Below, one piece after another: positions 14,460 to 23,243 of a stretch of DNA of 28,475 nt. The stretch spans positions 1 to 28,475 of the forward strand of contig CAZJVP010000085.1 of assembly GCA_964549615.1 (NCBI GenBank). Reading direction: 5' to 3'. The stretch's first letter is position 1. Each line of letters opens with the position of its first letter. This DNA comes from an uncultured Thermococci archaeon (GTDB taxonomy: Archaea > CAYQAE01 > CAYVLA01). A program made the translations under genes and the position numbers. The notes beneath the pieces are model-generated. The model worked only from the letters and a program-made list of their open reading frames with translations, did not search any database and was not told where the DNA came from.

Positions 14460-15215
14460 CTAGCCTCCGAGGTAGGCCTCGATCACCTTGGGGTTGTTCT
14501 GGATCTCAGCCGGGGTCCCCTTGGCAACGACCTCGCCCTTGCTCAACACGTAGATCGTCTCGCAGAAGTCCATGACTATGTCCATATTATGCTCAACGAC
14601 TAGAAAACTCATTCCTCCGTTCCTGAGCTCCACGATCTTCTGGAATATCTTCCTTGCCAAGGTCGGGTTCACGCCGGCTACTGGTTCGTCCAAGAGGATC
14701 ATGAGGGGCTCGACCATGAGCGACCGGCCAAGTTCCAGAAGCTTTTGTTGGCCGCCCGAGAGATTCCCAGCATACTCGTTCCTCAGGTGGTCGATCTCTA
14801 GAAACCGCAGGAGCTCGAGGGCCCTCCTCACGAGTTCTTTCTCCTCGGCAAGCACTCTCGGCCAGCGGGTAAACACCTTGAACAGGGCCTCCCCAGACTG
14901 GCCCCGTGGGGCAACCAGCATGTTCTCGAGGACCGTCATCCTTCGGAAGACTCGCACGATCTGGAAGGTCCGGACGAGTCGTCTGGCGGCGATCTCGTGT
15001 GGCCTGAGATCGGAGATATCCTCGTCTCTGAAGATCACCCTGCCCCCATCCGAGCCGTACTCGCCAGTCACCACGTTTATGAGTGTGGTCTTGCCCGAGC
15101 CGTTCGGCCCAATGAGGCCGACGATGGTTGACGGCTCCGCCTCAAGCGATACCCTATCAAGGGCCCGAAGACCGCCGAAGCTCTTGCTAACGCCCTCAAC
15201 CTTCAGGATGCTCAA
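14460..15215 (-). CDS. livG: Branched-chain amino-acid ABC transporter ATP-binding protein
   Basis: TTG start at 15215 overlapping the livM stop (TTGA); 'KSFGGL', GPNGSGKT, 'RTFQ', LSGGQ, 'LDEPVAG', 'VEHNM', 'VIEAYLG'. Confidence 0.92.
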   Translation of the reverse strand: MSILKVEGVSKSFGGLRALDRVSLEAEPSTIVGLIGPNGSGKTTLINVVTGEYGSDGGRVIFRDEDISDLRPHEIAARRLVRTFQIVRVFRRMTVLENMLVAPRGQSGEALFKVFTRWPRVLAEEKELVRRALELLRFLEIDHLRNEYAGNLSGGQQKLLELGRSLMVEPLMILLDEPVAGVNPTLARKIFQKIVELRNGGMSFLVVEHNMDIVMDFCETIYVLSKGEVVAKGTPAEIQNNPKVIEAYLGG

Positions 15216-16117
15216 CCGGCCGTCACCTTCGCCTTCCGCTCCCCCAAGACACCCTCGGGCCGATACATCAGGAAGATGATCATGAGCAGACCGATCACGG
15301 CCCAACGTAGGTTGGCCTGAGCCCCGGGCGAGATGTTCACCAAGTCCTTGAGAACCCGTGTGGATCGGTCGAAAATCTGGATCAGGAAGGCACCCAATAT
15401 GGCCCCGTAGTTGTTGGCGGTCCCGCCCACGATCAACATCGTCCAGACGGAAAAAGTCAGCAAGGGCATGAACATGTCGGGGCTCACGAAGGACGTGTAG
15501 TGCGCAAAGATGCTTCCTGCCGCGCCTGCCATGCACGATCCCAAGACTAGGGCCCGGGTCTTGAAGGAGAAGACGTCCTTGCCCAGCGCCTCGGTTGCGG
15601 TCTCGTCCTCCCTTATTGCTCTCAGGACCCTGCCGAAGGGCGAGTTGACGATCCGCTGTGAGATCAGGAAACACGCTCCGAGGACGGCCCACACGAGGCC
15701 CGCATAGACCAGTGGATAGCTCGTAGGCCCAAAAAACCTGGAAAGTGGCCTGGGGATGTTCCTGATGCCCATGGGGCCGAGGCCGTAGGAACTCTCGTTT
15801 AGAAGCACCAACCTCACTACCTCGGCTACCGCTATGGTGGTTATGGCGAGGTAGTCCTCCCTGAGCTTGAGAGTGGGAATTGCGATGAGGAAGCCTAGCA
15901 AGCCCGCGACCAAGATGGCTCCCGCAAGGCCCGCCAAGAAAGGCGCGCCCGAAACCGTGAGGAGAGCGGAGACATACGCCCCCACGGCGAAGAAGGCCAC
16001 CTTCCCGAAATTCATGAGCCTGGTGTAGCCCGCCTCCAAGTTCAGGCTCAGGGAAAGCAGGCCGAAGATGCCGACGTAGGTGAGCGTGTCGGCCATGTAT
16101 CCGATCAAGGAAACCAT
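15212..16117 (-). CDS. livM: Branched-chain amino-acid ABC transporter permease
   Basis: 'SLNL..GYT.LMNFG..AFF.VGAY', 'LKLREDYLAI.T', 'SPFGR.LRAIREDE', 'RPEG'. Confidence 0.92.
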   Translation of the reverse strand: MVSLIGYMADTLTYVGIFGLLSLSLNLEAGYTRLMNFGKVAFFAVGAYVSALLTVSGAPFLAGLAGAILVAGLLGFLIAIPTLKLREDYLAITTIAVAEVVRLVLLNESSYGLGPMGIRNIPRPLSRFFGPTSYPLVYAGLVWAVLGACFLISQRIVNSPFGRVLRAIREDETATEALGKDVFSFKTRALVLGSCMAGAAGSIFAHYTSFVSPDMFMPLLTFSVWTMLIVGGTANNYGAILGAFLIQIFDRSTRVLKDLVNISPGAQANLRWAVIGLLMIIFLMYRPEGVLGERKAKVTAG

Positions 16118-16121
16118 CTGT

Positions 16122-17018
16122 CTAATCCCTCTCTGAACCCATGATTCCCCTTGGCCTCACCAGGAGGACGATGATCAGGACGATGAACGCAATGGCTGGG
16201 CGGTAGCCCGTTGAAAGGGAGAGGGCCCGCAGGATGACCACCCCGACGTTTTCCGCGAAGCCGAGTATGTACGCGGCAAGGATCGTGCCGTAGAAGTTGC
16301 CGATTCCGCCCAGGATTACCACTGCAAACGACGAAAGCAGCGTCTCCCAACCGATCTGGGGGACCAACCTCGTGTCGGCGCCTCTCAAGACCCCGCCGAT
16401 CCCAGCCAACCCAGCCCCGATGAACCATACCCAGATCAGGACGCGGTCAACGTCGATCCCGCAGGCGGATGCAAGCGTCGGGCTGTCTGAAGTCGCTCGC
16501 ATGGCTTTTCCAAGCTTCGTCCTGGTCAGAAAGATGTGTACCAGGGAGACGAGCACGAATGAAGACAGCAGCATGACGACGTGGATGCTAGTCAGCGTGG
16601 CTTCGGCGCCACCGAGCTTCAGCGAGTAGACCTTCGTCCGCAGATTGTACCAGAGGAACTTGGAGCCCCAAATCTGCTGGATGCTGTGCCGGATGACTAG
16701 GCCCAAGCCTATGGACGCGACCATCAGCGAGATCCGGTCGGCGCCCCTTCTGCGCAGGGGCCTGAAGACGAGGAGCTCCGAGCCGACGCCGAGGACGCCT
16801 GCGAACCCGAAGCCGCCCGCCAGGCAAACCAGTAGGCTTTGCCCCGCGATATGGTTTAGCGCTAGGCCGATGTAAGCCCCTGAGGTAACCATCTCTGCAT
16901 GGGAGAAGTTGGCGAACTTGAGGATCCTGTAGACCAAGGTCAAGCCTATTGAAACCAGTGCGTAGACGCTTCCGGTGAGGGCCGAGTTGATGGCGATCTG
17001 GAGGATGTTGAGCGCCAA
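16122..17018 (-). CDS. livH: Branched-chain amino-acid ABC transporter permease
   Basis: 'GSVYALVSIGLTLVY....ANFSH', 'TKLGKAMRA', 'FAVVILGGIG', 'RPRGI'. Start chosen at TTG 17018 because the longer ORF start overlaps a TATA box. Confidence 0.92.
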   Translation of the reverse strand: MALNILQIAINSALTGSVYALVSIGLTLVYRILKFANFSHAEMVTSGAYIGLALNHIAGQSLLVCLAGGFGFAGVLGVGSELLVFRPLRRRGADRISLMVASIGLGLVIRHSIQQIWGSKFLWYNLRTKVYSLKLGGAEATLTSIHVVMLLSSFVLVSLVHIFLTRTKLGKAMRATSDSPTLASACGIDVDRVLIWVWFIGAGLAGIGGVLRGADTRLVPQIGWETLLSSFAVVILGGIGNFYGTILAAYILGFAENVGVVILRALSLSTGYRPAIAFIVLIIVLLVRPRGIMGSERD

Positions 17019-17042
17019 GATCGCAGGTTCTTGACGCGCAGG

Positions 17043-17058
17043 TATATAAATCAATCAG
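17043..17058 (-). promoter_or_regulatory. Putative TATA box of the livHMGF operon (near-leaderless transcript)
   Basis: Minus strand CTGATTGA-TTTATATA about 32 nt upstream of TTG 17018; no SD in between. Confidence 0.65.
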
Positions 17059-17161
17059 ACTCGCGCACCACTGGCCAAAGCTGTCCCTCGCACGCCATGT
17101 CTGAGCCGTGCCTGAGCCTGTCGCGACCGATGCGCGTGTCCTTAGTGGGCTTGGGCGCTAC

Positions 17162-17168
17162 TTTTAAG
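17162..17168 (+). promoter_or_regulatory. Putative TATA box of the MFS gene
   Basis: TTTTAAG 39 nt upstream of ATG 17201. Confidence 0.5.
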
Positions 17169-17200
17169 CCCCTCTTCAGGCCGGTCGCAGTCGACGACCT

Positions 17201-18394
17201 ATGACGGGCTTGAGCGACCCGAGGAAACGCCGGCTATACATGGTGCTCTTGGCAAACTTCGCGGTGTTCGGGATGACCGTGACGGTCTTCGGCGCAACGG
17301 TGCCTAGGGTCATCCACGACTTTGGCTGGGGCTACATTGCAACCGGCCTGGTAGTTTCCGCCTCGCCGATCGGGTATTTCGTCTCCGCGTTTGCATCGGG
17401 ACTCCTCGTCGAAAGGTTTGGAGCGAAAGCGGTCATCCTCGGGGGTTTGATGGCCCAGGCCGCCGGGCTCGCCTTCTTTGGGTCGGTTCCAAGAGTCATC
17501 CCTAACCTCTCTATGGCATTGGGCGTTGGCGTCGGTCAAGGCGTAACGGAGGTCGTAACCAACCTCTGCGTCGCCCGGATGGACAGGTCGGGCCGCAGCA
17601 GGCTCATGAGCCTTATGCATGGCGGTTTCACGCTAGGTGCGGTGATGAGTCCGGTGCTTGTAGGGTGGGCGATAGCGGCGGGGCGCACGTGGCAGGGCGT
17701 CTACCAGGCGATGGCGGTCCTCAGCCTCATCATGATGGGAGGCATCTTCCTCTTCAGTTTCGACCCGGTCGAGCCGGAGCAGAGCCAGAGTGGCCGCCCT
17801 CCGTTTGGATGGCTGGTTCGTCAGCCGTTGCTTGGGCTATTCTTTACTGCGATGTTGCTCTTCACTGGAGCTGAGCTTGGATTGTCCTCTTGGGTTTCCC
17901 AGTACTGCGTGAAGGTTCTGGATCTATCGGCAGCCACGGGCGCATGGATGGTTTCGGTCTTCTGGCTGGGAGTTCTGTGTGGCCGTATCGGCGTCTCTGC
18001 GCTCTATGGCGGGCCTCGCCAGATCGATCTGGTGCTTGTGTTTGGGTGCTCCTCGACGGCCGTCCTAGCTGCTTTCCTCCTAGGGAGCGCTCGGGAGGCA
18101 CCCATTCTCCTTTTCGCAACCGGGGTCGGGTACTCTGCCATCTACCCCGCGCTCGTGGCGTCGGCGGGGCACAATTACAAACACGTCCAAGCCGAGGCCA
18201 TAGGAACCGTCGTCACGGGGGGCGGAATGGGCTCATTCCTTTTCCCGATCATGATCGGGGGAATCGCGGGACGATGGGGCATAGCGGCCGGCATTTGGTT
18301 CTGTTGCGCGGCGACCGGTGCCGGGGTCTTGGTCGCGTGGGCGCTACGGATGGCGGCGGGCAAGACCGACGTTGGCGTTCCGCAAGCACGGTAG
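17201..18394 (+). CDS. MFS transporter (FucP/TsgA-like sugar permease)
   Basis: About 12 hydrophobic segments, motif A 'GLLVERFGAK', 'MSLMHGGFTLGA', 'GAELGLSSW', 'GR', 'SAIYP'. Confidence 0.88.
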   Translation: MTGLSDPRKRRLYMVLLANFAVFGMTVTVFGATVPRVIHDFGWGYIATGLVVSASPIGYFVSAFASGLLVERFGAKAVILGGLMAQAAGLAFFGSVPRVIPNLSMALGVGVGQGVTEVVTNLCVARMDRSGRSRLMSLMHGGFTLGAVMSPVLVGWAIAAGRTWQGVYQAMAVLSLIMMGGIFLFSFDPVEPEQSQSGRPPFGWLVRQPLLGLFFTAMLLFTGAELGLSSWVSQYCVKVLDLSAATGAWMVSVFWLGVLCGRIGVSALYGGPRQIDLVLVFGCSSTAVLAAFLLGSAREAPILLFATGVGYSAIYPALVASAGHNYKHVQAEAIGTVVTGGGMGSFLFPIMIGGIAGRWGIAAGIWFCCAATGAGVLVAWALRMAAGKTDVGVPQAR

Positions 18395-18397
18395 AAC

Positions 18398-18405
18398 TTT
18401 AATAC
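18398..18405 (+). promoter_or_regulatory. Putative TATA box
   Basis: TTTAATAC 39 nt upstream of ATG 18437, preceded by purine-rich GTAGAAC. Confidence 0.45.
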
Positions 18406-18436
18406 CAACGGAGCGCCCGTGGAGCGAAGATAAGAT

Positions 18437-19969
18437 ATGCGTACGCCCTACCATGGAACGAGAGAGCCCTTGGATTTGAGGTCGAATGTTATTTTCTTCC
18501 ACGATTGGCGCTACATCCATCACGGGGACACCCGCTGGGAGACGGATGAGGGCAAGACGCTCGGCCTTTGGAGTGCGACGCCCATCCCGCCGCTGCGGTG
18601 GGCCGGCAGGGATATCCCGAAAGGGATATGCCTGAAGACGATCCCTGCACAGAAATCGGAACCCATCATAATCCCAGACTCGCCGTGGGAGGGCGCGATC
18701 TTTGCGCCAACGGTCATGAAGGTCGGTAGCGTCTATAGGATGTGGTATGAGGCCGTCCCGCCGGAGGATCTGGCAAGTACGAGGGCCGGCGAGCGGAATC
18801 TTCTGTGCTACGCCGAGTCCGAGGACGGGGTGCATTGGAAAAAGCCCTCGATCGGGCTGGTATCCCGCCCCGGCTGGGACCGAAACAACATAGTATACGG
18901 CGGCCCTCTTGCTCCGGAGTGGGGATACCACGGCGGCAGCGTGTTCCTTGACCCCAGCTGCGCCGCGGAGGAGAGATACAAGATCATTCACCTCGGGTTT
19001 CTCTCCAGGGAGGCCTTTGAGGACTTCAAGAGAGAGGCTCCTGATCAGGTCGATCCCATGAGCGAGCGCAGCAATAGGCCCTCCGCCGTTTTCGGCGCAG
19101 TGTCCCCTGACGGCATACACTGGTCCCCGCTTCCGAAGCCGCTTGTTCTTCAGACGAGCGACACCCAGAACATAGCCTACTACGACGAGTTTTTGGGCAA
19201 GTACGTGGCATACTTCCGTACATGGGTGATCGGACGCCGCTCCATAGGACGGGCTGAATCCACTGATTTCCGTCGCTTCCCTTTACCCGAGACGGTGATC
19301 TGGCCCGGGCATTCCGTTGGCCCATCGGACCTCTGGTACGCCAACGGCAGGACCGCATACCCCGGTGCACCCGATTACCATTTGATGTTCGCGAAGAGGT
19401 GGCGGGTATCGGAGGACAGGTTCTACGTGCACCTCTGGACGAGCCCGGACGGGATCCTCTGGGGGAAGAACGAGGACAGCCAGGTCCTGGGACCTGGGGA
19501 ACCCGGTGGCTGGGATGCGGGCGGCACCAGCGTGGGCTGCGGGATGGTCGAACTGCCGGGCGGCCGGGTCGCCGTGCCTTTCGTGGGTTTTCGTGTGCCT
19601 CACAAGTATACGAGGACGGTGCCTCTCGGGCAGATAGCCTGGGCGTCGTGGCAGAAGGGCAGGCTGGTTGCGCTCGTGGCTCGAGAGGAGGGCGAGTTCA
19701 GGACCATGTACCTGGACTTCGCCGGGGATGAGTTGCACCTGAACGTTCGGACCGCCCAGGTAGGGGAGGTCAGAGTTGAGGTTGTTCAAACCGGGGGAAA
19801 GCCGCTGGACGGCCGGGCGATGCAGGATTGCGACCCGTTGGTCGGAGACTCGCTGGACCAGGTCGTGACTTGGCGGGGCGACCCGAAGGTGCGGCGCGAA
19901 CCGGGGCAGCCGGTGGCATTCCGCATAAGGATGCGGTGGGCCGAGCTCTACGGCATGGCTTTCCGCTGA
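18437..19969 (+). CDS. Beta-propeller glycoside-hydrolase-like protein (GH32/43/130-like fold, function unknown)
   Basis: Repeated Asp-box-like 'YAESEDGVHW', 'SPDGIHW', 'ESTDFRRF', 'TSPDGILW'; 'SDTQN...YD...KYVAYFR'; C-terminal beta domain 'LHLNV...GEVRVEV...DCDPLVGD...VTW'. No signal peptide. Confidence 0.65.
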   Translation: MRTPYHGTREPLDLRSNVIFFHDWRYIHHGDTRWETDEGKTLGLWSATPIPPLRWAGRDIPKGICLKTIPAQKSEPIIIPDSPWEGAIFAPTVMKVGSVYRMWYEAVPPEDLASTRAGERNLLCYAESEDGVHWKKPSIGLVSRPGWDRNNIVYGGPLAPEWGYHGGSVFLDPSCAAEERYKIIHLGFLSREAFEDFKREAPDQVDPMSERSNRPSAVFGAVSPDGIHWSPLPKPLVLQTSDTQNIAYYDEFLGKYVAYFRTWVIGRRSIGRAESTDFRRFPLPETVIWPGHSVGPSDLWYANGRTAYPGAPDYHLMFAKRWRVSEDRFYVHLWTSPDGILWGKNEDSQVLGPGEPGGWDAGGTSVGCGMVELPGGRVAVPFVGFRVPHKYTRTVPLGQIAWASWQKGRLVALVAREEGEFRTMYLDFAGDELHLNVRTAQVGEVRVEVVQTGGKPLDGRAMQDCDPLVGDSLDQVVTWRGDPKVRREPGQPVAFRIRMRWAELYGMAFR

Positions 19970-19993
19970 GCGGCCGCTAGGGGAGCGACTTTT

Positions 19994-20788
19994 GTGGGAG
20001 GCGCGCGCAAGAGTGGAAAGCATGGCAAGAGCCCATTCCCATTGGTTGAGCCGGCAATCTCGGTCCATAAGCTTGTGAAGAAGTTCGAAGACGTAACGGC
20101 CGTTGACGGGGTTGACATCGACATCGCGCCGGGGGAACTATTCGGATTGCTCGGGCCTAACGGTGCCGGCAAGACCACGATGCTGAACATCCTAGCCGGG
20201 CTCTTGGAACCCACGAGCGGTTCGGCCACGGTGGGCGGCTTCGACGTCCGCAGGAATGTTGCAAATGTCAGGGAGCTGATAGGGGTCTGCCCCCAGGACA
20301 CTGCGGTCTACGACTACCTTACGGGAAGGGAGAACGTTGAGCTCTTCGGCGACCTGCACTGCATCGACAAAGCCAAGCTGAGGGCAAACGCGAAGGTGCT
20401 TCTGGAGAAGGTGGGCCTGTCGGACGATGCGGACCGGCGAGTTGGAACGTACAGCGGCGGGATGAGGCGCCGCGTCAACCTCGCAATGGCTCTCGTCCAC
20501 GATCCCGACATACTGTTCTTGGATGAGCCAACCGTGGCGATGGACCCGCAGTCCCGGCATGCCGTGTGGGATTTCATAAGGGAGCTCAGGGACCGGGGAA
20601 AGACCTTGATACTGACGACCCACCACATGGAGGAGGCCGAGGTGCTGTGCGATAGGGTGGGGGTGATCGATCACGGAAGGCTTATTGCACTGGGCTCCCC
20701 GGATGAGCTCAAGGCAAAGTTTGGGGCCAGAGACTTGGAGGAGGTCTTCATCAAGATTACCGGCAGGAGCATCAGGGAGGGCGCATAG
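19994..20788 (+). CDS. ABC-2 type exporter ATP-binding protein (DrrA-like)
   Basis: GPNGAGKT, YSGGM signature, LDEPT, TTHHMEEAE. Start may be TTG 20042. Confidence 0.92.
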   Translation: MGGARKSGKHGKSPFPLVEPAISVHKLVKKFEDVTAVDGVDIDIAPGELFGLLGPNGAGKTTMLNILAGLLEPTSGSATVGGFDVRRNVANVRELIGVCPQDTAVYDYLTGRENVELFGDLHCIDKAKLRANAKVLLEKVGLSDDADRRVGTYSGGMRRRVNLAMALVHDPDILFLDEPTVAMDPQSRHAVWDFIRELRDRGKTLILTTHHMEEAEVLCDRVGVIDHGRLIALGSPDELKAKFGARDLEEVFIKITGRSIREGA

Positions 20789-20789
20789 G

Positions 20790-21953
20790 ATGAAGCGGCA
20801 GAGGGTCCTTGCGCTCTCCGGTAAGACCCTGAAGACGATCGTGAGGCAGCCCGCCTCCCTCTTCATGGCCATCCTATTCCCCCTGGTTCTCACCTTCGTT
20901 TTCGGGGCCTCTTTCGGCGGGATGGGGGGAGGACCGGAGGCAACTTTCAAGGTGGGCATCGTGAATCTGGACCAAGGTGGAGCCGGTGCGCGTTGGCCAA
21001 GAGCCTTCATGGGCAATCTCTCTAGTGCCAAAGTTCTCGATCTTTCAACCTACCCCGACAACTCAACGGGCCAAGAGGACCTCTCGAAGGGCGACATCCA
21101 AGGCCTCATCGTGATTCCGCCCAACTTCGGTGAGGCTTGCGATTCGTTCTGGAAAGACCCGGACACACCGGGTTCCTGGGTGAACGCAACCGTCGAACTC
21201 TACCTCGATAGCGGGTCGATGCTTGCCAGCCAGGCGATTCCGCCCATCATTCAGGATCTGCTGATCTCCGTTGTTTATGGAAGGCAACGGTCCGTCCCTA
21301 GACCAGTGCGACTTGGCCTGCCATCCCTGGTTGAGGCCAGAAGGCTAACGACCTACGACTATTTCGTCCCAGGCTTGTTTGCCTTCGCCACGATATTTCT
21401 GATAATGATCGTCGCCCAGTCATTCACCCTCGACCGGCAGAGGGGCCTGCTGAGGCGCATACGCACTACGCCAGCCACCCCATCTGACGTGATCGGGGCG
21501 GAAGCGTTGAGCTACATGGTGGTGGCGGCGATGCAGGTTGGGGTGGTGTTCGCCGTGGCCTTCGCGATGGGGTTCCGCCCGGCGGCGGGTTTCCCCAGCA
21601 TCGCCATGGCGTTCATCATAGTGCTGGTCTTCGCGCTCTGTGCCGTCGGGTTCGGGCTCATGAGCGCAAGCCTTGCAAAGGATCCCGGGGCTGCCACGGG
21701 CATCGCTTTCGTCTTCATACTTCCTCTCATGTTCCTGGGTACCTTCGTGGGCTTCGCCATGTCAGCCGCCATGAGGGCCGTCCAGTGGCTAGTGCCGAGT
21801 TGGTACGTCACGGACGCCCTGACGCACCTCTTCCTGAGAGGCGTCAAGCCAACGAGCCTCTCGGTCCTAACAGACCTGGTCATCGTCTGCGCTTGGAGCG
21901 CAGGAGCCCTTGGTATCGGGGCTGTGCTTTTCGGCAAGTACGGCAAGGACTAG
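20790..21953 (+). CDS. ABC-2 type exporter permease
   Basis: ATG 20790 just after the ATPase stop; N-terminal TM, extracellular domain ('VGIVNLD', 'GLIVIP'), 'DYFVPG', 'GLLRRIRTTP', then further TMs. Confidence 0.9.
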   Translation: MKRQRVLALSGKTLKTIVRQPASLFMAILFPLVLTFVFGASFGGMGGGPEATFKVGIVNLDQGGAGARWPRAFMGNLSSAKVLDLSTYPDNSTGQEDLSKGDIQGLIVIPPNFGEACDSFWKDPDTPGSWVNATVELYLDSGSMLASQAIPPIIQDLLISVVYGRQRSVPRPVRLGLPSLVEARRLTTYDYFVPGLFAFATIFLIMIVAQSFTLDRQRGLLRRIRTTPATPSDVIGAEALSYMVVAAMQVGVVFAVAFAMGFRPAAGFPSIAMAFIIVLVFALCAVGFGLMSASLAKDPGAATGIAFVFILPLMFLGTFVGFAMSAAMRAVQWLVPSWYVTDALTHLFLRGVKPTSLSVLTDLVIVCAWSAGALGIGAVLFGKYGKD

Positions 21954-21997
21954 CCGCGGCCGAAACATGAAAAAAGGCGACGTACCTGCCTACTTCC

Positions 21998-23227
21998 GTG
22001 AGAAGACGATCGCTACCCGGCCTAGTCGCGATGGTGGTCGTCCTCGCTGTAGGCCCTCCCTGTCTCTGCATGTCCGACAGGAGGGACCCCACCACCGGGA
22101 AGATCAGGGTGCTGAACATGGGTGCCGACGCCGTGCCGGGCACTGCGTCACCCCTTGTCGTGCTTTTCACCGACCCACTCATCCAGCACCACACTGTGCC
22201 CCTCTACAGCACGATCTTTGAGGCCGCCAAGACCGAACGCTTCATGCGAATCTACATGCCCAGGACGGAGCAGCGAATGAAGTCGGATTTCGATCTGATC
22301 ATGATATCGGACGCAACTGTAGACAACTTCCCCGTCAGGTACTTTCCGTGGATGATCTCGGCGGTAAGGGACGAGGGACTGGGTTTCCTGACGACTGGCG
22401 GGTCCGCCATGTACGGCGGCAGGGACCAGTACGCATCCTGGGATACCTGTTCGATAGTCGAGATCTATGCTGTCAGCTTCGCCCCTAGGGAGATATACTT
22501 CATTGAGACGGGCAGAAACGCGCCGGTCAAGCTTGCGCCGGTTGAAAAGGATAACGAGTACGTGTCCTCGATCCCCTGGGACACCGCTCCGCCGATAAAC
22601 TACATGATCCACATAGTCCAAACCAAGCAAGGCGCCCACACCTTGCTCAAGCTGGACATCCCCGCGGCGCACCCGGCTCTCTCAAGCTGGGACTACGGCA
22701 ATGGGAGGGCGACCAACCTCATCTTTGACTGGTATCCTTGGAGGCTTGAGCCCTTCCAGAAGTGGACATACTACATCGATTTTGCGGGGAACTTGATCTA
22801 CTACTCCGCAGGAGTCGCCGTGCCCCAGGACTTGGAGATGGTGCACAGGCTCAGACAGCTGCTCGCGGACTATATGGAGAGGCGTACGCTTCTCATCTCG
22901 CTTCTGGGTTTCGTGGAGAAGTTCGGTGCGAGGGTCGGCAGCGTGGAGAGGGGACTAGCTCGGCTTGACTCGGAGTACGCACGTTCACAACAACTCTACC
23001 GCAGCCAGGACTGGGAAGGAGCCCAAGACCTACTTCAAGAAGTAATGTCTCAAATGTCGAAGCTGGACGACGATGCCCTGAAGCTCAAGGACAGGGCCCT
23101 GATGTGGATATACGTCAGTGAGTGGCTCGCAGTGACCGCCACGCTCTCGGTCTGCGGGTTCGTCCTCTGGACCCTGATGGTGCAGCGCAGGCTCTACGGC
23201 GAGGTCGGGGTAACCCGACTGCGGTAG
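21998..23227 (+). CDS. Secreted, C-terminally membrane-anchored protein with a class-I glutamine-amidotransferase-like (GATase1-like/DUF1355-type) domain
   Basis: Signal-like N-terminus; 'FDLIMISDA', 'VRDEGLGFLTTGG', 'HPALSSWDYGNGR' GATase1-like pattern; helical stalk; TM 'WLAVTATLSVCGFVLWTLMV'; basic tail 'RRLYGEVGVTRLR'. Confidence 0.6.
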   Translation: MRRRSLPGLVAMVVVLAVGPPCLCMSDRRDPTTGKIRVLNMGADAVPGTASPLVVLFTDPLIQHHTVPLYSTIFEAAKTERFMRIYMPRTEQRMKSDFDLIMISDATVDNFPVRYFPWMISAVRDEGLGFLTTGGSAMYGGRDQYASWDTCSIVEIYAVSFAPREIYFIETGRNAPVKLAPVEKDNEYVSSIPWDTAPPINYMIHIVQTKQGAHTLLKLDIPAAHPALSSWDYGNGRATNLIFDWYPWRLEPFQKWTYYIDFAGNLIYYSAGVAVPQDLEMVHRLRQLLADYMERRTLLISLLGFVEKFGARVGSVERGLARLDSEYARSQQLYRSQDWEGAQDLLQEVMSQMSKLDDDALKLKDRALMWIYVSEWLAVTATLSVCGFVLWTLMVQRRLYGEVGVTRLR

Positions 23228-23243
23228 GGCACGGGTGCGCAGG

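Noticed and set aside
15216-15692. Long N-terminal extension of livG (410-aa ORF)
   Set aside because: It overlaps livM in another frame and is not protein-like; ATPase homology starts at TTG 15215.
20685-20789. Extension of the ABC-2 permease ORF
   Set aside because: It overlaps the ATPase gene; ATG 20790 follows the ATPase stop and has an SD.
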